From assembly GCF_009834535.1 (NCBI RefSeq), contig NC_045696.1, positions 48,176,001 to 48,240,000 on the forward strand: a stretch of DNA of 64,000 nt. The letters run 5' to 3'. The translations under genes and the position numbers were made by a program. The notes under the pieces are model-generated. The model saw only the letters and a list, made by a program, of their open reading frames with translations, was not told the origin of the DNA and did not search any database. The stretch comes from Camelus ferus (lineage: Eukaryota). Of the stretch, positions 13,506 through 26,317 are shown in pieces. Position 1 is the stretch's first letter. Each line of letters starts with the position of its first letter.

Positions 13506-13914
13506 AAATATAGAGATTTTAAAGTTTAGAAGACTGTGTAACTTCATTCCAATGATTTTAGAAATTGAGTCATGAAATTAAAAAAAGATGTTTTCTAAGA
13601 TATGATATTCTTATATAATATAATAAAAACCTAAGGAGAGGTAGAATATCCAAGCAAAACAGAGACCTGAAAAGTGGTGACAAATTTCACCATTAAAGAG
13701 GCATCAGGCTCAAAGATTTTACAGAAATTTTACCAAATCTTTAAATACATTGTTTAAAATATTCCTGAACATTAAATAGAAGAAAAGTTCTATATTATTC
13801 AGGATGTTGCACCAACAAACATTTCAGTAATGTCAGTTGTTTAGCATGGAAAAGTTTACTTGTCAGTCAGATTAAATCTGATGAGGGGATAGGTGAGGTT
13901 TTCAGGCAGCCTTT

Positions 13915-14090
13915 TAAAAAAAATTACAATTGATTTACAATGTTTTGTTAGTTTCTGGTGTACAGCATAGTGATTCAGTTATATTTGTGTGTGTCTGTAT
14001 GTATATATTCTCTTTCATATTCTTTTTCATTATAGGTTATTACAAGATACTGAATGTAGTTCCCTTGGCTATGCATTAGAACCACCTGTT
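13915..14090 (-). mobile_element. Short 5'-truncated cetartiodactyl L1 3' end
   Basis: ttgatttacaatgttttgttagtttctggtgtacagcatagtgattcagtt...ttattacaagatactgaatgtagttccc. Confidence 0.85.
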
Positions 14091-14600
14091 GCTATTTTAA
14101 TTGGGATTGTATGAAATATATTGAGTAAATTACGGAGAATTCATATCTCACAATACTGAGCAACATGATACATCTTACTTTAATTTTTCTTCTTCATTTC
14201 CTCCAGTTGATTTTTATAGTAGTTTTCTTATGAGACTGGCACATTTCTTAAAGTATATTTCCATTTATTACTATCATACAGGATAATTTTTCTTTTTGTG
14301 TATTTTCTGACAAATTCTTTGAATATTTGATCTTGTTATTTTTATATATTAATTCTGTGACCAATTGCTTTACTAAATTCTTTTTTTATTTCCAATAGAG
14401 TTGTTGATTCTCTCAGATTCTACATATGTAATTCTATCACCCTTAAACAATGATCATTTTCCCTCTTTTTCCCCCAATATTTTTTTCTCTCACTTTCTTT
14501 GCTAATTTAATTGGAATAGGACTTTGAGAACATGGTTATAATGTTTATGATAGTGATCATTCTTGCCTTGGCTTTAACTCTTTATTCCATATATATTGCT
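14091..14600 (-). mobile_element. Old L1 ORF2 fragment
   Basis: T-rich degraded ORF2 motifs (ttgggattgtatgaaat, ctttactaaattc, catggttataat...cattcttgcctt). Confidence 0.6.
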
Positions 14601-16241
14601 TAAGTCAATAAAAAAGCTGTGCATTGCTTTTACATTTAAAAAATTAATTAAAATGTTTAAAAATATTTTCTTATCTCCTAAATCACATCTTTGAGCAAGC
14701 CTAAGAAATCATAGCTTTCGTGCTCTCCAACCAACCATCGCAACACTGACTAAATATCTTAGCATTCTGAAAACCGTGCATGTCTTTGCTAGTTTTTGTA
14801 ACCCCCAAATCCTGATACTGGCAGTAAGCATTTTAATAAAGAGTCAAAAAAATGATCCCTCCCTGGGGAGCAGATATAATTAAAACTAAATAATATACTG
14901 TTAATGTGACAACTGCCAATGTAAGGACTGCAAGAAGTGGGAGTTACTACCGTTATTCAGAGCTGATCAAAGATGGGCATTAAATGGGTGGCCATTAGCA
15001 AAAGATGAGTAAAAAGGTGGAAAAATGGAGGGCACTTAACTCCAGTGGTCACGTATTCTGTAAAATAGTTGCCCAGGTTAATTTTGTTATTTTAGTTGCT
15101 AAAATCAGAGCCATTACCAAACTTACATCCTGGAGGAAAAAAAAAGAGGTCTGCCTCATAGAGAAAAACATTCTAAAGTTCTGGATTGAAAAGTTGATTT
15201 AGTTTATTACTTTGACTATCAAACCTTTTAGTTTAGAAATATTTCACTTGAGGTGAAAAAACCGTATTGCTCTTACACTTAGGTCATTTTCAATGGCACT
15301 CAGCATTCTGAAAGATTCGGGTGCTTTTTATCCACCTTTTCTTCTATTTCCTGAGCACTTTATTTTGCCCTGCAATAGAAAGGAAGATAGAGGGAGAAAG
15401 TGAGAATCAGGTTTGGGTCAAAGTTGTTGTAGAGAGGGTGGAATGTGTAGTCCTTAGACATGCATCCTTACAGAATGATACAATTCCTTAAAGATAGTAG
15501 GACATGATATTTAGATACCAAATCATGTTCCTGCAGGATTATTTTCAAGAATTAAGCAATGTTTTTGATTTTGTTCTTCAGGATAAAGTCACAAACCAGT
15601 CTCAAGATAGATTTAAATAAAGCCTGCTAACTGCATTCTGCCCTAAACAGATTATTATGCCTCTAATTTATTCCCAAGCTGTAGGTGTACAGAAAAATAA
15701 TTAGTAATAATTATATTGGAGAATTCCTTGTTCATCTTTGTTAGCAACTAATTTATCTCTCCACGTATCTCTTAATTGTTTAAAATTGTGTTTTGAATAC
15801 AAAGCTGTGTCACATTTTATTACTCAGGACTTCCATTCAAGAATAGTGGAATAGAAGAGTGCCATCAAAATTCTTCACTGTGAATTTCACATGTGTTCAT
15901 GAAGGAGTCCTGTCCCTCCTCACCTGGAACTCTTAAGTCCATTAGCACTGATTAGGGTCCTAATGGTGCTTTCTGCTGAAGCCCTTCTGCTTTCGAAGCT
16001 ACCGCAACAGCTCTGTGAGTGCTGGCCTTCGGGCTGCTTTCTCCTGGGCTCCTCTACCTTTAATCAGGTACCACTCGCACTCTGCATGGTGATCACTATA
16101 CTGTTGCTGACTTCATTGGGGACCACAGTGCACGAAAGCCACCCTGCTTTCTGTGCAGAGGTCAGGATAGTGCTCCTTCTCCTCCCATCTCCTCTTTCCG
16201 TTCAGCTTTGTTACTGATGCCAAGCAGAGCTCTTTGTTTCC

Positions 16242-16713
16242 TGTATTCGTCTCCTGTTGACACTGTAACAAACAGTGCCTTGTGACAACAAATTTATTAT
16301 CCTTTAGTTTTGTAAATTAGAAATCTGACCCAGGTCTCACTGGGCTCAAATCATGGTGTTTTCAGGACCACGTCCCCTGTCTCAGGACGCTAGGGAAGAA
16401 TTTGTTTCCTTTTATCTTCTGTCATCTGGAGGTTGCCCACATTCCTTGATGTGTGACTCCCTACCTCCGACTCCAAGGCCGGCAACATTGCATCTTTGAC
16501 TATTCTTCACATCTCCTTCTGACCAAGCAAGCAAATATTCTTCACTTTTAAGGACCATGTGATCAGATTTGGCCCACCTGGAAAATCCAGGATAACCTCC
16601 CCATCTCATGGTCCTTAATCTTAATCATATCCCTGAAGTCTCTTCTGCCATATTCACATATTCCAAGGATTAGGGCATGGACATCATTGGGGCCCATTAT
16701 TTTGCTAACAACA
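16242..16713 (-). mobile_element. MaLR solo LTR (MLT1D-like)
   Basis: TG...CA termini; ggcccacctggaaaatccaggataacctccccatctc; near-TSD tttcc/ttccc. Confidence 0.85.
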
Positions 16714-16869
16714 TTCCCCAATAGCACATAGAACTTTGGTATAAACAGCTGGTTTCATTGTGTTTTTGAAGTTTCCCCAGCCTTTGTAGAATTTAGGCTC
16801 ATTATACCTGAGGATGGAATCTGGGAGATTTACTCTGCTCTCCTAATTCTCCTTGAATACAGTTCTAGT

Positions 16870-17403
16870 CATTGCCTGTTTGCACTCAGATCCAGCTGTT
16901 GCCCTGTTATGTTTCCTGTCTTGTCTGTATTTGCTATATGTTGCCTATATTATGTTTTTGCGCTTCTAGATATGTTTGGCCCATGGGCAGCACTGGTGGA
17001 ATACTAGAGGCTTGCAGGAGTGGGAAAAAAACAGGATATTCCTAAAGTTCTGCCTCAGGCAGCAGTTTCTTGAAGCGGCTGTGTCTTTATGGGAGCAAGT
17101 TCTTTCTGAACAGCTGGCCCTTTGTAAATCCAGCTTCTACCAAGTAAACGCTGCTGTGGTTGGAGCTCCTTCTGGATGTCCCAAGCTTCTGATTTCTGGT
17201 AGTACCACCTCCCTATTGTGTTCCCGCAGTCTTGGAGATGGTGGTGGTTTTCTGCTGTTTCTAATTATTCAGTTACTCCACAATGCCCTGCTTGGCTTCT
17301 CATCTTTCTCATCACCTATGTAACCCCTCCCCTATGTTAAGTTCTCTGTGTTTAAAACACTGAGAGTGTTTCCTGTTTCCTCACTGACCTCTTATCTGAT
17401 ACA
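16870..17403 (+). mobile_element. ERVL LTR (LTR33-like)
   Basis: ggtggtggttttctgctgtttcta motif; 3' end cctgtttcct...ctgataca. Confidence 0.65.
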
Positions 17404-17827
17404 TTGAGTATGCCCTCCTGTATGAACATTCAACCCAAACCCTCATACACCCAGCTGATCAGATATGCTAATTCTGAATCCTAGGGCGAAGTGTGATCTC
17501 TGTGTCAGCCTCTGCTATCTGCAAACATAATTAGTAACTGAAAAATTCGTGGTGCTTAATAAATCTAGTGGGTCCTCTTATGAATTAGTTGAGTATTAGC
17601 AGAGGAACTCTGCAATCACTATATTCTGAAAAGGATAAACTGCAGTTTTAACTCTACTTCCATGTAGCTGGGCGGGGAAAACAAAACAAAACAAAATGTT
17701 GTCAGTTCTTCTATTCAGAAGCTGGAACTTCTGAGGAAAAATGGCCTGTGAGAAATTCCTGGTATCAGAGTGCTAAGGAATTTTAATAGGAACAAGGTTA
17801 CCTGATACTGAATATGAAGTTACTTGC

Positions 17828-18234
17828 TGTTATGGACTGAACTATGTCCCCTCGAAATTCATACGTTGAATTCCTAGCTGCTACCCCTAGTGCCTCAGAA
17901 TATGCCTGTATTTGGATATAGGGCCTTGAAAAAGGTAATTAGGTTAAAATGAGGCCATTAGGGTGGGCCCTAATCTAATGTGACTGGTGTCCTTATAAGA
18001 AGAGGAAATTTAGACACACAGAGACTTCAGGGATGTTTGTACACAGAGAAAAGGCCACGTGAGGACGTCAGAGAGAAGGTGGTCATGTGCAGGCCAGGGA
18101 GAGAGTCCTCCGAAGAAACCGCACCTGCTGACGTGACGTAGACGTCTAGGCTCCAGAAATGTGAGAACTTAGATTTCTGTTTAAGCCATCTAATCTGTAG
18201 TGTTTTGTTACAGCAGCCCTAGCAAACTAATACA
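17828..18234 (+). mobile_element. MaLR solo LTR (MLT1A/B-like)
   Basis: tgttatggactgaa...gcaaactaataca with perfect 5-bp TSD cttgc (17823-17827, 18235-18239). Confidence 0.92.
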
Positions 18235-18299
18235 CTTGCATTTGTGTTAAACCTCTTCTTTTGTCACACTTTTCCTGAAAAGAAAATATTATTTAAATT

Positions 18300-18460
18300 T
18301 TATAAATTAAGACAGTCATCATTTCAAAAATTAATAAAATGGGAATCAAGATATTAAGTAAATTTCTCTAGGACACAGAGCTAAGTGAGTGGTGAAACTG
18401 GGATTCGCACCAACTACATTGAGTTTCAAAGCCTGAAGTCTTGGCACTGTACTCAGTGGA
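18300..18460 (-). mobile_element. MIR fragment
   Basis: ggacacagagctaagtgagtggtgaaactgggattcgcacc. Confidence 0.6.
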
Positions 18461-18479
18461 ATTTAACAGATGGAGAGAT

Positions 18480-18930
18480 TACCGTTGTCTGGGGATGCCT
18501 AAAAAGATTTCTTGAAAGAGGTGGCATTATTGTCATCCTTTGAATGAAGAGTAGCATTTGACAGTGAGGTGGATGGAATTCCAGGTGGAGGGAATATAAT
18601 GGGCATCTTACTATGCAGTGTTTTGGAACATATTTGAGAAATGCAGCACGCTGCAGTAATTCTACGGGCAGTAAAGTGCAATAAGGTTTGTGTAGATATA
18701 TGGTAGAAATTCTTTGTAATCGTTTTGTTTTCTTAATTTTGTGTGTGATGTTAAGTCATTGAAAGTTTTGAGCAATAAGGGACATGGTGATATGAGGATT
18801 ACTTTATAATTTTGAAAGCGGTTATTGGAGATTTTGTTTTTCCTGGCATTCATTAGAAAGGCGTTAAAGAAGAACTCTACTTTGGAGACACTGAAGGCAA
18901 GATCCTGTTTCAACAGGATTAGGTGGGGAT
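18480..18930 (-). mobile_element. L2 LINE fragment
   Basis: ttcttgaaagaggtggcatt, attgaaagttttgagcaataagggacatggtgatatga. Confidence 0.6.
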
Positions 18931-19799
18931 ACTCAGAGGTGTCACTTACAAGGGAAACAACTTGAAGCTCTGGGGTAGTCGCCCTCAGAGAAGCAAGGTG
19001 AAGTCGCCTGTGAAGCTACTGAGAGGGACATCACATGCACGGCTCTGGATCTGGAAGTGGGTGTCGTCTGTACTTTGCTTCAGAGTGCCCAAATGCAGGG
19101 AAATTGGCAAGGGAAGGAGGTCAAGGTTTATAAGATGGCAGCTACTAAGCCCACATTGATCTCATGACCTGGGACAAGCATTCAACCTGGGAGGTAGCTG
19201 AGCGTGAGAATGTTCCTAGAGTGGGCAGGCCATTTAGCTGTATTAGCTCTTCAAGCTCACAGCGGTGTCTTTGGGTAATCACTGGAGCACGTCTTCAAAA
19301 GCAAGCTGTTCACTGAGCTGCTGTTTTGTTGCTGGCACTCACTTTCTGGTCTCAGCTAAACATCTTCCTGTTCTCACTGAAATAGTGTCATTGCAATCTG
19401 GTGGTTCACAGCTGTCCATTAAGCGGCCCTTCATTACTCTTGTGACTGTGTGGTGTTCTTTTAACCAAGTCCTTTGAGAATCCCCCTTGGCACTCCATGT
19501 CTGTAGTATTAGGGGAAATGTGTGCAAGTAGTAATAGTAGGTCGTTTATTGTTCAGAAATACCAACCAAATGGGGATGGTTTCACGCAAGTTTTATTTTC
19601 TTCTGATAGAGGAAGACATATTCTCTTAGTTCCTTCTGCTTTTAGAGCATAAATAAAATTGCCATTTGTTTTCAGGTTAATAAGAATTGTTGTTGATAAG
19701 CAGCTAGAAGTTCATGAGTGGAGATCAGAGGGAAAACGTGGGGTAGAAGTATGTTTGAATCATCCTTTTTAGGCTGCCACACGAAAGTTGATAGGTTTG

Positions 19800-19860
19800 T
19801 AGGGCACGCAGACTACAGTGTGAACGGGCCACTAGAGTTGTGCACTGCACAACCTGGCCA
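19800..19860. mobile_element. MER91-like hAT MITE fragment within L2 remnants
   Basis: Diagnostic palindrome gttgtgca-c-tgcacaac (19837-19853) preceded by gactacagtgtgaacggg. Confidence 0.65.
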
Positions 19861-21079
19861 AACCCCCACAGGGGCTGAGTGCCTCAAGAGGGATGGTTCT
19901 ATTAGGAACATTTTCTGAGGGAGAGAGTACAGAGAAAGAACTTTGGGAAGTGCTCAAATTTAGAGGGGAAAAGGAAAAGGAAGACACGCTAGCAAGGGAA
20001 AGAGGGAGAAGTCAGAGGAACACAGCTGGTCCAGGAGAGTGCATTGCCATGGTTCGTGTCTCTTCCTCTTTGTAGTATCCCAAACTGTCCTCATGAGGAA
20101 ACCTTTCAGAGTGAAAGCAGTTTGTTGCCTTCTGTTCCTGATGGAAAGTCTGCCTCTCTCTGTCAGTTTCACTGTCAGTTCAGATCCATTTATCAGAGCT
20201 AAATGATCTTTCACAAGTCACTATTTACCCACAGAAGTGGTTGCTCCCACTTAAACTGGTGATAAGAAACTTCATTCCCATTTCCATTCTGTGTAGAACA
20301 CGGATTTTAAAGCCTGATCCTCCATTGAGAAATCGCGTCGAACCTTTGAAACTTCCTGAGGAGACTATTTTATAGTCATTCGACAGCCGTATCTACTTAT
20401 CTCTGTAAAGGAAAATAGATACTTAAAATGGTTTCCTTTATTTTAAAGTATAAAACCATCCTATCAGCAGCCAGTCATCATAATTTGATACATTGTGTTG
20501 TGGTCTTTGGTCCAAAAGTTGTATTTCAAAAACTGTGTCCTTAGGGACACTTCCATTCCAAAGGAATGAAGTAATTAGTTCCTAAGAAATGACACAGCCA
20601 CACATTGTCAATGTAATTAAGTGTGCTGCTGCCAAACTTAGACAAGCCTGCATTTCTGTCATCCTGCCTGATGCCAGAGCCAACATATTTTTTGCTTATT
20701 ATTTTATAATTACCACTTAGAGAAGCCCAGGAAGCTTCCTGAATCCCAGGAAAACCATAAAACAAGACTGCCTACTATCCTGGCAGTGCCCCCAGTATTA
20801 AACCATAGTCATTTAGTTCACCCCTACCACTTGTCTTTTGCAGCAGTGTATAATTACATAGGAATTAATCTGTGTTCAGAAAAATTCAGAAGTGTTTTCT
20901 GTGACTTCGTCCTGTAATCACTGGTGATGTATAATAATGTGGATCATCAACAGTGCAAATCATATCTGATCAGCATCTTCTGGTTTTTAGGGCAAGCCCT
21001 AAGCAAATGGTGACTAGGTTTGACTTGTTTATTCTTGGCTCCCCTGCCCCCACCATCACCCATCTCTGTTATGGAGTTG

Positions 21080-21850
21080 GGTAGTGTCTGGGCTGCGCAT
21101 GGCAGTGTTTCCCACATTCTTCTCTTCTGGTATCAGACTTCACCCTCATGGTGACTGGAGGGGATGGGGTGTGTGACTAAGCGTAGTGACCTCAATTCCT
21201 GGACAACAGCGATTGTGATGGGGGCTCAACCCAAGTATGTAGGGTTGCCAGATAAAATATAGGGGTCCCACTTCAATTTGAATTTTAGATGAACAATGGC
21301 TAGGGGCCTAGGTTGTACCATTTTTTCACATCTATAGAAATTCTGTCAAATATTGAATGGGATGTATCCATACTAATATAGCCTTGTACTCAAGTAATAT
21401 TTGTTGTTTATCTGAAATTCAGTTTTAACTGGGTGTCCTATATTTTTGTTTGCTAAATCTGGCAACTCTAAAAGTGGAACCAGAGCCATGTCTTGGTTTC
21501 TTTAATGAATGCCAGGAGAGAATTTTTTTTTTTTTTCTGTTGGGGAGGTATGAAAGAGGATTAAAGACAAACCCATGAGAGCCACTTTCCCTGATGAATA
21601 AGATGGAAGAGTCTTTTTAGAAAAGTAAGCCACGTAGAGGGAAGCAGTACTTGCGTGGCGGGAGGTGCCGGCCTCTGAGTCCCAGCTCCCACTTAACTGG
21701 TCCTGGTTCTAAAGCTCGTTCTTTTATGCCCTGCCCTGTCTCCAGTGTCCTTCCCAGGTGTGTGAGCTAATAGATTACTGTTTCTCGCAGGAGAAAGTGT
21801 GAGTTGGATGCTGTCACTTCTAGCCTGTGTATTTTTTACATTCCTTTACA
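21080..21850 (+). mobile_element. Old ERVL LTR (LTR16-like), interrupted by MER53
   Basis: gtgtgactaagc...cctggacaacagcgattg; 3' gtgtgagctaatagatt...gagttggatgctgtcactt. Confidence 0.5.
21240..21470. mobile_element. MER53-like hAT MITE
   Basis: Terminal inverted repeats tagggttgccagat / atctggcaactcta and internal fold-back symmetry. Confidence 0.85.
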
Positions 21851-24159
21851 GTATGTGGCACTCTCATACTGCCCCCTCGCCTCCTCCGGCTTTCGCTAGA
21901 GAATGTACATTTTGGGCTACTCTCATGTTTGCTAGTGGGCAGTTGATCCTATTACCTCAACACCATTATGGCCTTCACTGTCAAAGTCCTTCATGAATAA
22001 GAGGAGAAGCTGGAACACTCTGTATTTTCCTTACTGCATGGAAGAAGCAATGGTCTCTGTACAGGAAATATTTATTTAGGAAAATGGTGCAGGCCAAATT
22101 TACCAAAGTATGAACACTGGAAGGTGAAAACTTGCAGAGGTATAAGAAACATAAAACTAGGCACTTTGCTTCATGTATATATTAAGTAATTTTAAAAATC
22201 AAAGATGAACTAAAATTGTCAGTAGAGGTTCCCTAGTCAAGAAAGGAATCTTCTTCAAATAAGCCTCAAAGGAGAATAAAAAAGTGAAGATGAATGAGAA
22301 AACTTCAAGCAGATGTTGTACACTTTCTTATAGGTTTTGAGCCACTTAGGGATTAACTGTCAAGCCAAGTCTCCCGTGAGTAAGTAAGTGGGTGCATACT
22401 GTTGGGGTCTAGCACACAGGCTTACCCATCAGTAGTTTCCGCTTCTTGGAACACTAGTCAGCAGTGTTCTAATCTGGCCATGGGTTACCCATAAAACTCC
22501 CTTTAAAAACTTTACCATCCCCTCCTGCAGAAAGTGGGAGCCACAACAGGGTTAATTAATTGGCTAGACTAAGGCCAGAAACCAAGAGTCCTGACATTTA
22601 ACACAGTTATCTCATTAGGCAGGCTTAGTGTATGCAGCAAAGGCACAGGTCAGGAGCTGGGCCTCAGATAAGACTGGACAGATTCAAGAAATCACCCCTT
22701 TTGAGCCAGGGACTTCCATAGTGTGAAACAATTACCTGCCCTTGACAGCTAATGTAGAGACCAGAACCCACTACTCCAGGTCCTGACAGAGAATAAGAAT
22801 GAGGTGATGAAAGGAAGATTGATCTCTACTGTTTGTCCCAAGCAGAATCTAACATAAATCTACCTCTTTTATGTACCTTTTTTATCTGCTGTGTGTGGAG
22901 GAACATCAAGGTCGAGGATGGAGGCAGGTAGAGGGGATGTGGGGCGAGGAGGAGGTAGAGAAGGAAGCATGGGTTTGGGGTGGGTAAGTGCTTGTTGAAT
23001 GCTTTCCAGGAGGATTTAGGAGCACTACAAATAGTATGTAGTATGTGTTACTTTTTCTTTAAGAGATATTTTATAGACAAAAATATTCTGTATCCAAAGT
23101 CTTCATAAGATTCTTCACAAGAATATATGAAGTAAGGTGTATTTGATGAAATTGGTCCTCATGAAATTGAGTGACATGTTTCAAGTCACCCACATCATAG
23201 AAAGCACAGCCTGGACTCCAACCAAGAGTACCCTGAGTGATCTTTTACAGGAGCCTTTTCATTGTTGTGCCTAATTAGGTTTGATATCCCCTTCATATGG
23301 AAACATGTGATGTGACCTTCTATTTACTACCATATGTCTGGTCTTCTCTTTAAAATAGAGAGCAGCATAGAAATGGGAAAAGGGAGTATCCAGAGTGCCT
23401 AAGTCAAACTAAGCACCAGCAGGGGCAATTATACAGATGATGGAAAAGACGCAGGACCTTAGAAATGGCATTTTAGATGTTACCAAACAAGACCACTTAA
23501 AGTGAGTTTTTAAGAGTTCTAGAACCAGAGAAAACATTTAGAAAGCCACAAAAATGTAAACACTTTCAATAACAGTTAAGATAAGTGGGGTTGTTCTTGG
23601 CAATGACTCTGAGCTCTGTCTGATGGGAGAGAAAAATAAAAGAACAAATGAGGTTATCAATATGCTCCACAGATGCATCTTTTAATATGAAAGTCAGTTA
23701 TAAGCCGGGTGACTTTCCTTGATTTCCATCATTTTAGTTCCATAACATAATGTACATTCACCTATATTCTCCATTGCATGTATACCCAGACCCAATGGTT
23801 ACAGTTTTGAAAATGTGAATTTTGTAACTCATAAAAGCGATCACTCACAGTTGGGAAGTGTATACTTTGTCAACAAAACAGGAACAAATTTGTTAGAAAT
23901 TAGTTTTAATTGGGATTGTTTAAAGGCGCTCTGTAGGGTCCCATTGCCTTGTGAGGAGAATGCTGCTCTAGCTGTGGTTCTAATGCTGCTGATCTGTGTG
24001 CTGGTTACCAGTGAGTCTGGCCCAGGGACGTGTATAGAAGTCTGTCACTGCTCTTCTGTCTCTCCTTTTCCTGCTTTGAAGCTACAGAGAAGTTGTATTG
24101 GAATTAGGTGGGAGAGGCCAAGAGAATTTTTAACTTAATTTTGACATTGCTGAGCTACT

Positions 24160-24280
24160 GAGCTAAGACAAGCAACTTCTAACTTTCAGATTTTATATAA
24201 TGTGAAAAAAGATACTCTTTATTGTTTAAATTACTCCTAGTCAGGCATTTTATTACTTACAACCAAAAGCATTCCTACAC
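24160..24280 (+). mobile_element. MLT1 LTR 3' fragment
   Basis: attgtttaaattact...ttattacttacaaccaaaagcattcct. Confidence 0.55.
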
Positions 24281-24331
24281 CGAGTCCTGAATTCTCTGTT
24301 TTGTTTTCTCTCTTTCAGCTTCCTTTGGGTC

Positions 24332-25003
24332 TGTTGTGGAGACTTTCCATTCTTTTTGGCAGCTTAGCATTTGAATTCCCTCCTAGGTGAAATGAGTCTA
24401 GATGGGAGACAGAGCCAACATTGAACAATAGAAACTCAAAGTGCCAGATACTCTCAGCCTCATTTGAAGCTGGGATTTAGGTAAATAAGGATCTCAACTG
24501 AATGTACCCACACCGGTTTTTTTTCCTTTTTTTTAAGGGGGAGGTAATTAGGTTTATTCATTTATTTATTTTTAATGGAGGTACTGGGGATTGAATCCAG
24601 GACCTTGTGCATGCTAAGCATGCACTCTACCACTGAGCTATATCCTCCCCCTACACCAGGTTTTGACACAGCAAAGCTTAAGAAGTAGATAATTCCCTGA
24701 TAAAGGAAGTGGTTATAGCAAAATTGTACTCCTGATATGTCAGCTGGCAACAGTAGCAAAGTCATTCGGTGTTCTAGTCCTCACAGAGGCAAAAGTCATT
24801 TCCTCATCAGCCCAGTTTTGCAGCCTAATTTGTGGCACTGTTTTAAGATGCACAGTTCTGAGCAAGATGGCCCAGCTCTCCTGGTGATTCAGAGAGCTAC
24901 CCAGTAGCCTTTTTAATAAATTCCCTTCTTTTTTTTTTTTTGGCTTACTTAATTGGTCATGGTTAGTTTCTCTTGCTTGCAGATAAAAACCCTGCCTGAT
25001 ACA
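24332..25003 (+). mobile_element. ERVL LTR (LTR16/LTR33 class), interrupted by SINE
   Basis: 3' end taataaattccc...gtttctcttgcttgc...cctgcctgataca. Confidence 0.65.
24517..24651 (-). mobile_element. tRNA-Ala(AGC)-derived SINE (camelid Vic-1 type)
   Basis: 72-nt tRNA-like body 24576-24647 (TAGCTCAGTGG, TTAGCAT, GATTCAATCC), tail (TAAA)n-CCTAATTACCTCCCCC-polyA; TSD acacc(a)ggtttt. Confidence 0.92.
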
Positions 25004-25919
25004 TTTTCTATCTCCTCGGCCAAAAGAATGGAGGTCAGAGGAGAGGCAGTAGAAACACCTCACATTTTTTGCTAGGGTTCTCAATCATCTTTCATAAATG
25101 AATTAACACAGAATGTGAGCTAATGAGAGAAAGAAAGAGGAAGGAGAGAAGCCCACATTTTTAAAATTAAAAAATTCATGGCATTTTTGGCTTTAAGGAT
25201 CTGTATAAAAACTGCTGGTAATGTTTCGGGGTAACTTTTAATATGTCAACTTATGTGTTTTTCTCTATTTGCATTTAAATCCGGATTCAAGTAGGTAGCC
25301 AGGCTCTGTGTTTTTTTGTCTTAAGGAAAACTTGGCTATGGAAAAACTGAAGTTTCATTTTTAATCCAGATTTGAATTCTGTAACAGTCTAGGACTTTTG
25401 ATAAGATTAGATACCCTTAAGGGAGAGGAGGGAGAACGCCTCATAAGAGACATGAAATGAAAAGGATTAATTTCCCTCATGCTGAAAAGAGTATCCTACT
25501 GATAGGGGTCCACAGAGGGAAGTTATTATAAGGATACCTCAAGGGTCCCAGCAGAGACCCTGCTCACTGCCAGTGCTGCAGTAAGGAAGCAAGACCTCAG
25601 GGAGGAACGTTGTACAACTCTCAGGCTTGCCAGATTCCTACATTCCCACTGTGTACACAGAACACAGAAGCAGCAGTCAGGAAGGAGGCTGGACCCAGAG
25701 GGACCATGTGGAACATGTCTAGGTAGTAACCATGGGGCAGATGGCCAGTGACCAGAGAGGTCACTCCTCGTCACTGTCCTCCCTGAGACCTTCACATGCT
25801 TTCATCATCCTGGTGGTGGGGCATCCCCAGGAATTGTGGAGATTTACATTATCTTTGCAAGGGGTGGGTGCAAGAAATCAACATTAAGGGCATTTATGGG
25901 AAGCAAAGAAGTGCACTCT

Positions 25920-26317
25920 TGCTTTAGTTTGCTGGGGCAGCCATAACAAAGTACCACAGACCGGGTGGATTCAATAACAGAAATCTATTTTCTCACAGTT
26001 CTGGAGGCTAGAAGTCTGAGATCAAGGTGTCAGCAGGGTTGGTTTTTCCCAAGACCTCTCTCCGTAGCTTATAAATAGCTGTCTTTTTCTTATACCTTCC
26101 CATGGTCTTCCCCTTGTGTGTCTGTGTCCTGATCTCTTGTAAGGACATGAGTCATATTGGATTAGGGCCCACCCACATGACTTCATTTTACCTTAATTAT
26201 CTCTTTGAAGACACTATCCGTAAACATAGTCACATTCTGAGATACTGGGATTTAAGAATTCAGCATATGAATTTTGGCAGGGGGGTGAGGTGGGGACACA
26301 CAATTCAGCTCATAACA
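25920..26317 (-). mobile_element. MaLR solo LTR (MLT1A/B-like)
   Basis: gccataacaaagtaccacagac...cagttctggaggctagaagtctgagatcaaggtgtc...attcagctcataaca. Confidence 0.9.

Larger units (their letters stand above)
10690..13790 (+). mobile_element. Very old, degraded LINE-1 (L1ME/L1M-type ORF1-ORF2 remnants), interrupted by an LTR and a SINE
   Basis: A-rich; gaagaaaattttcctgaattg (ORF1-like), acagaagatacacattcttttcaaatatccatgaaatattt (endonuclease-like). Confidence 0.7.

Noticed and set aside
24576..24647. Functional tRNA-Ala(AGC) gene
   Set aside because: Has SINE tail, TSD, mutated B-box and CpG decay, and is inserted in an LTR
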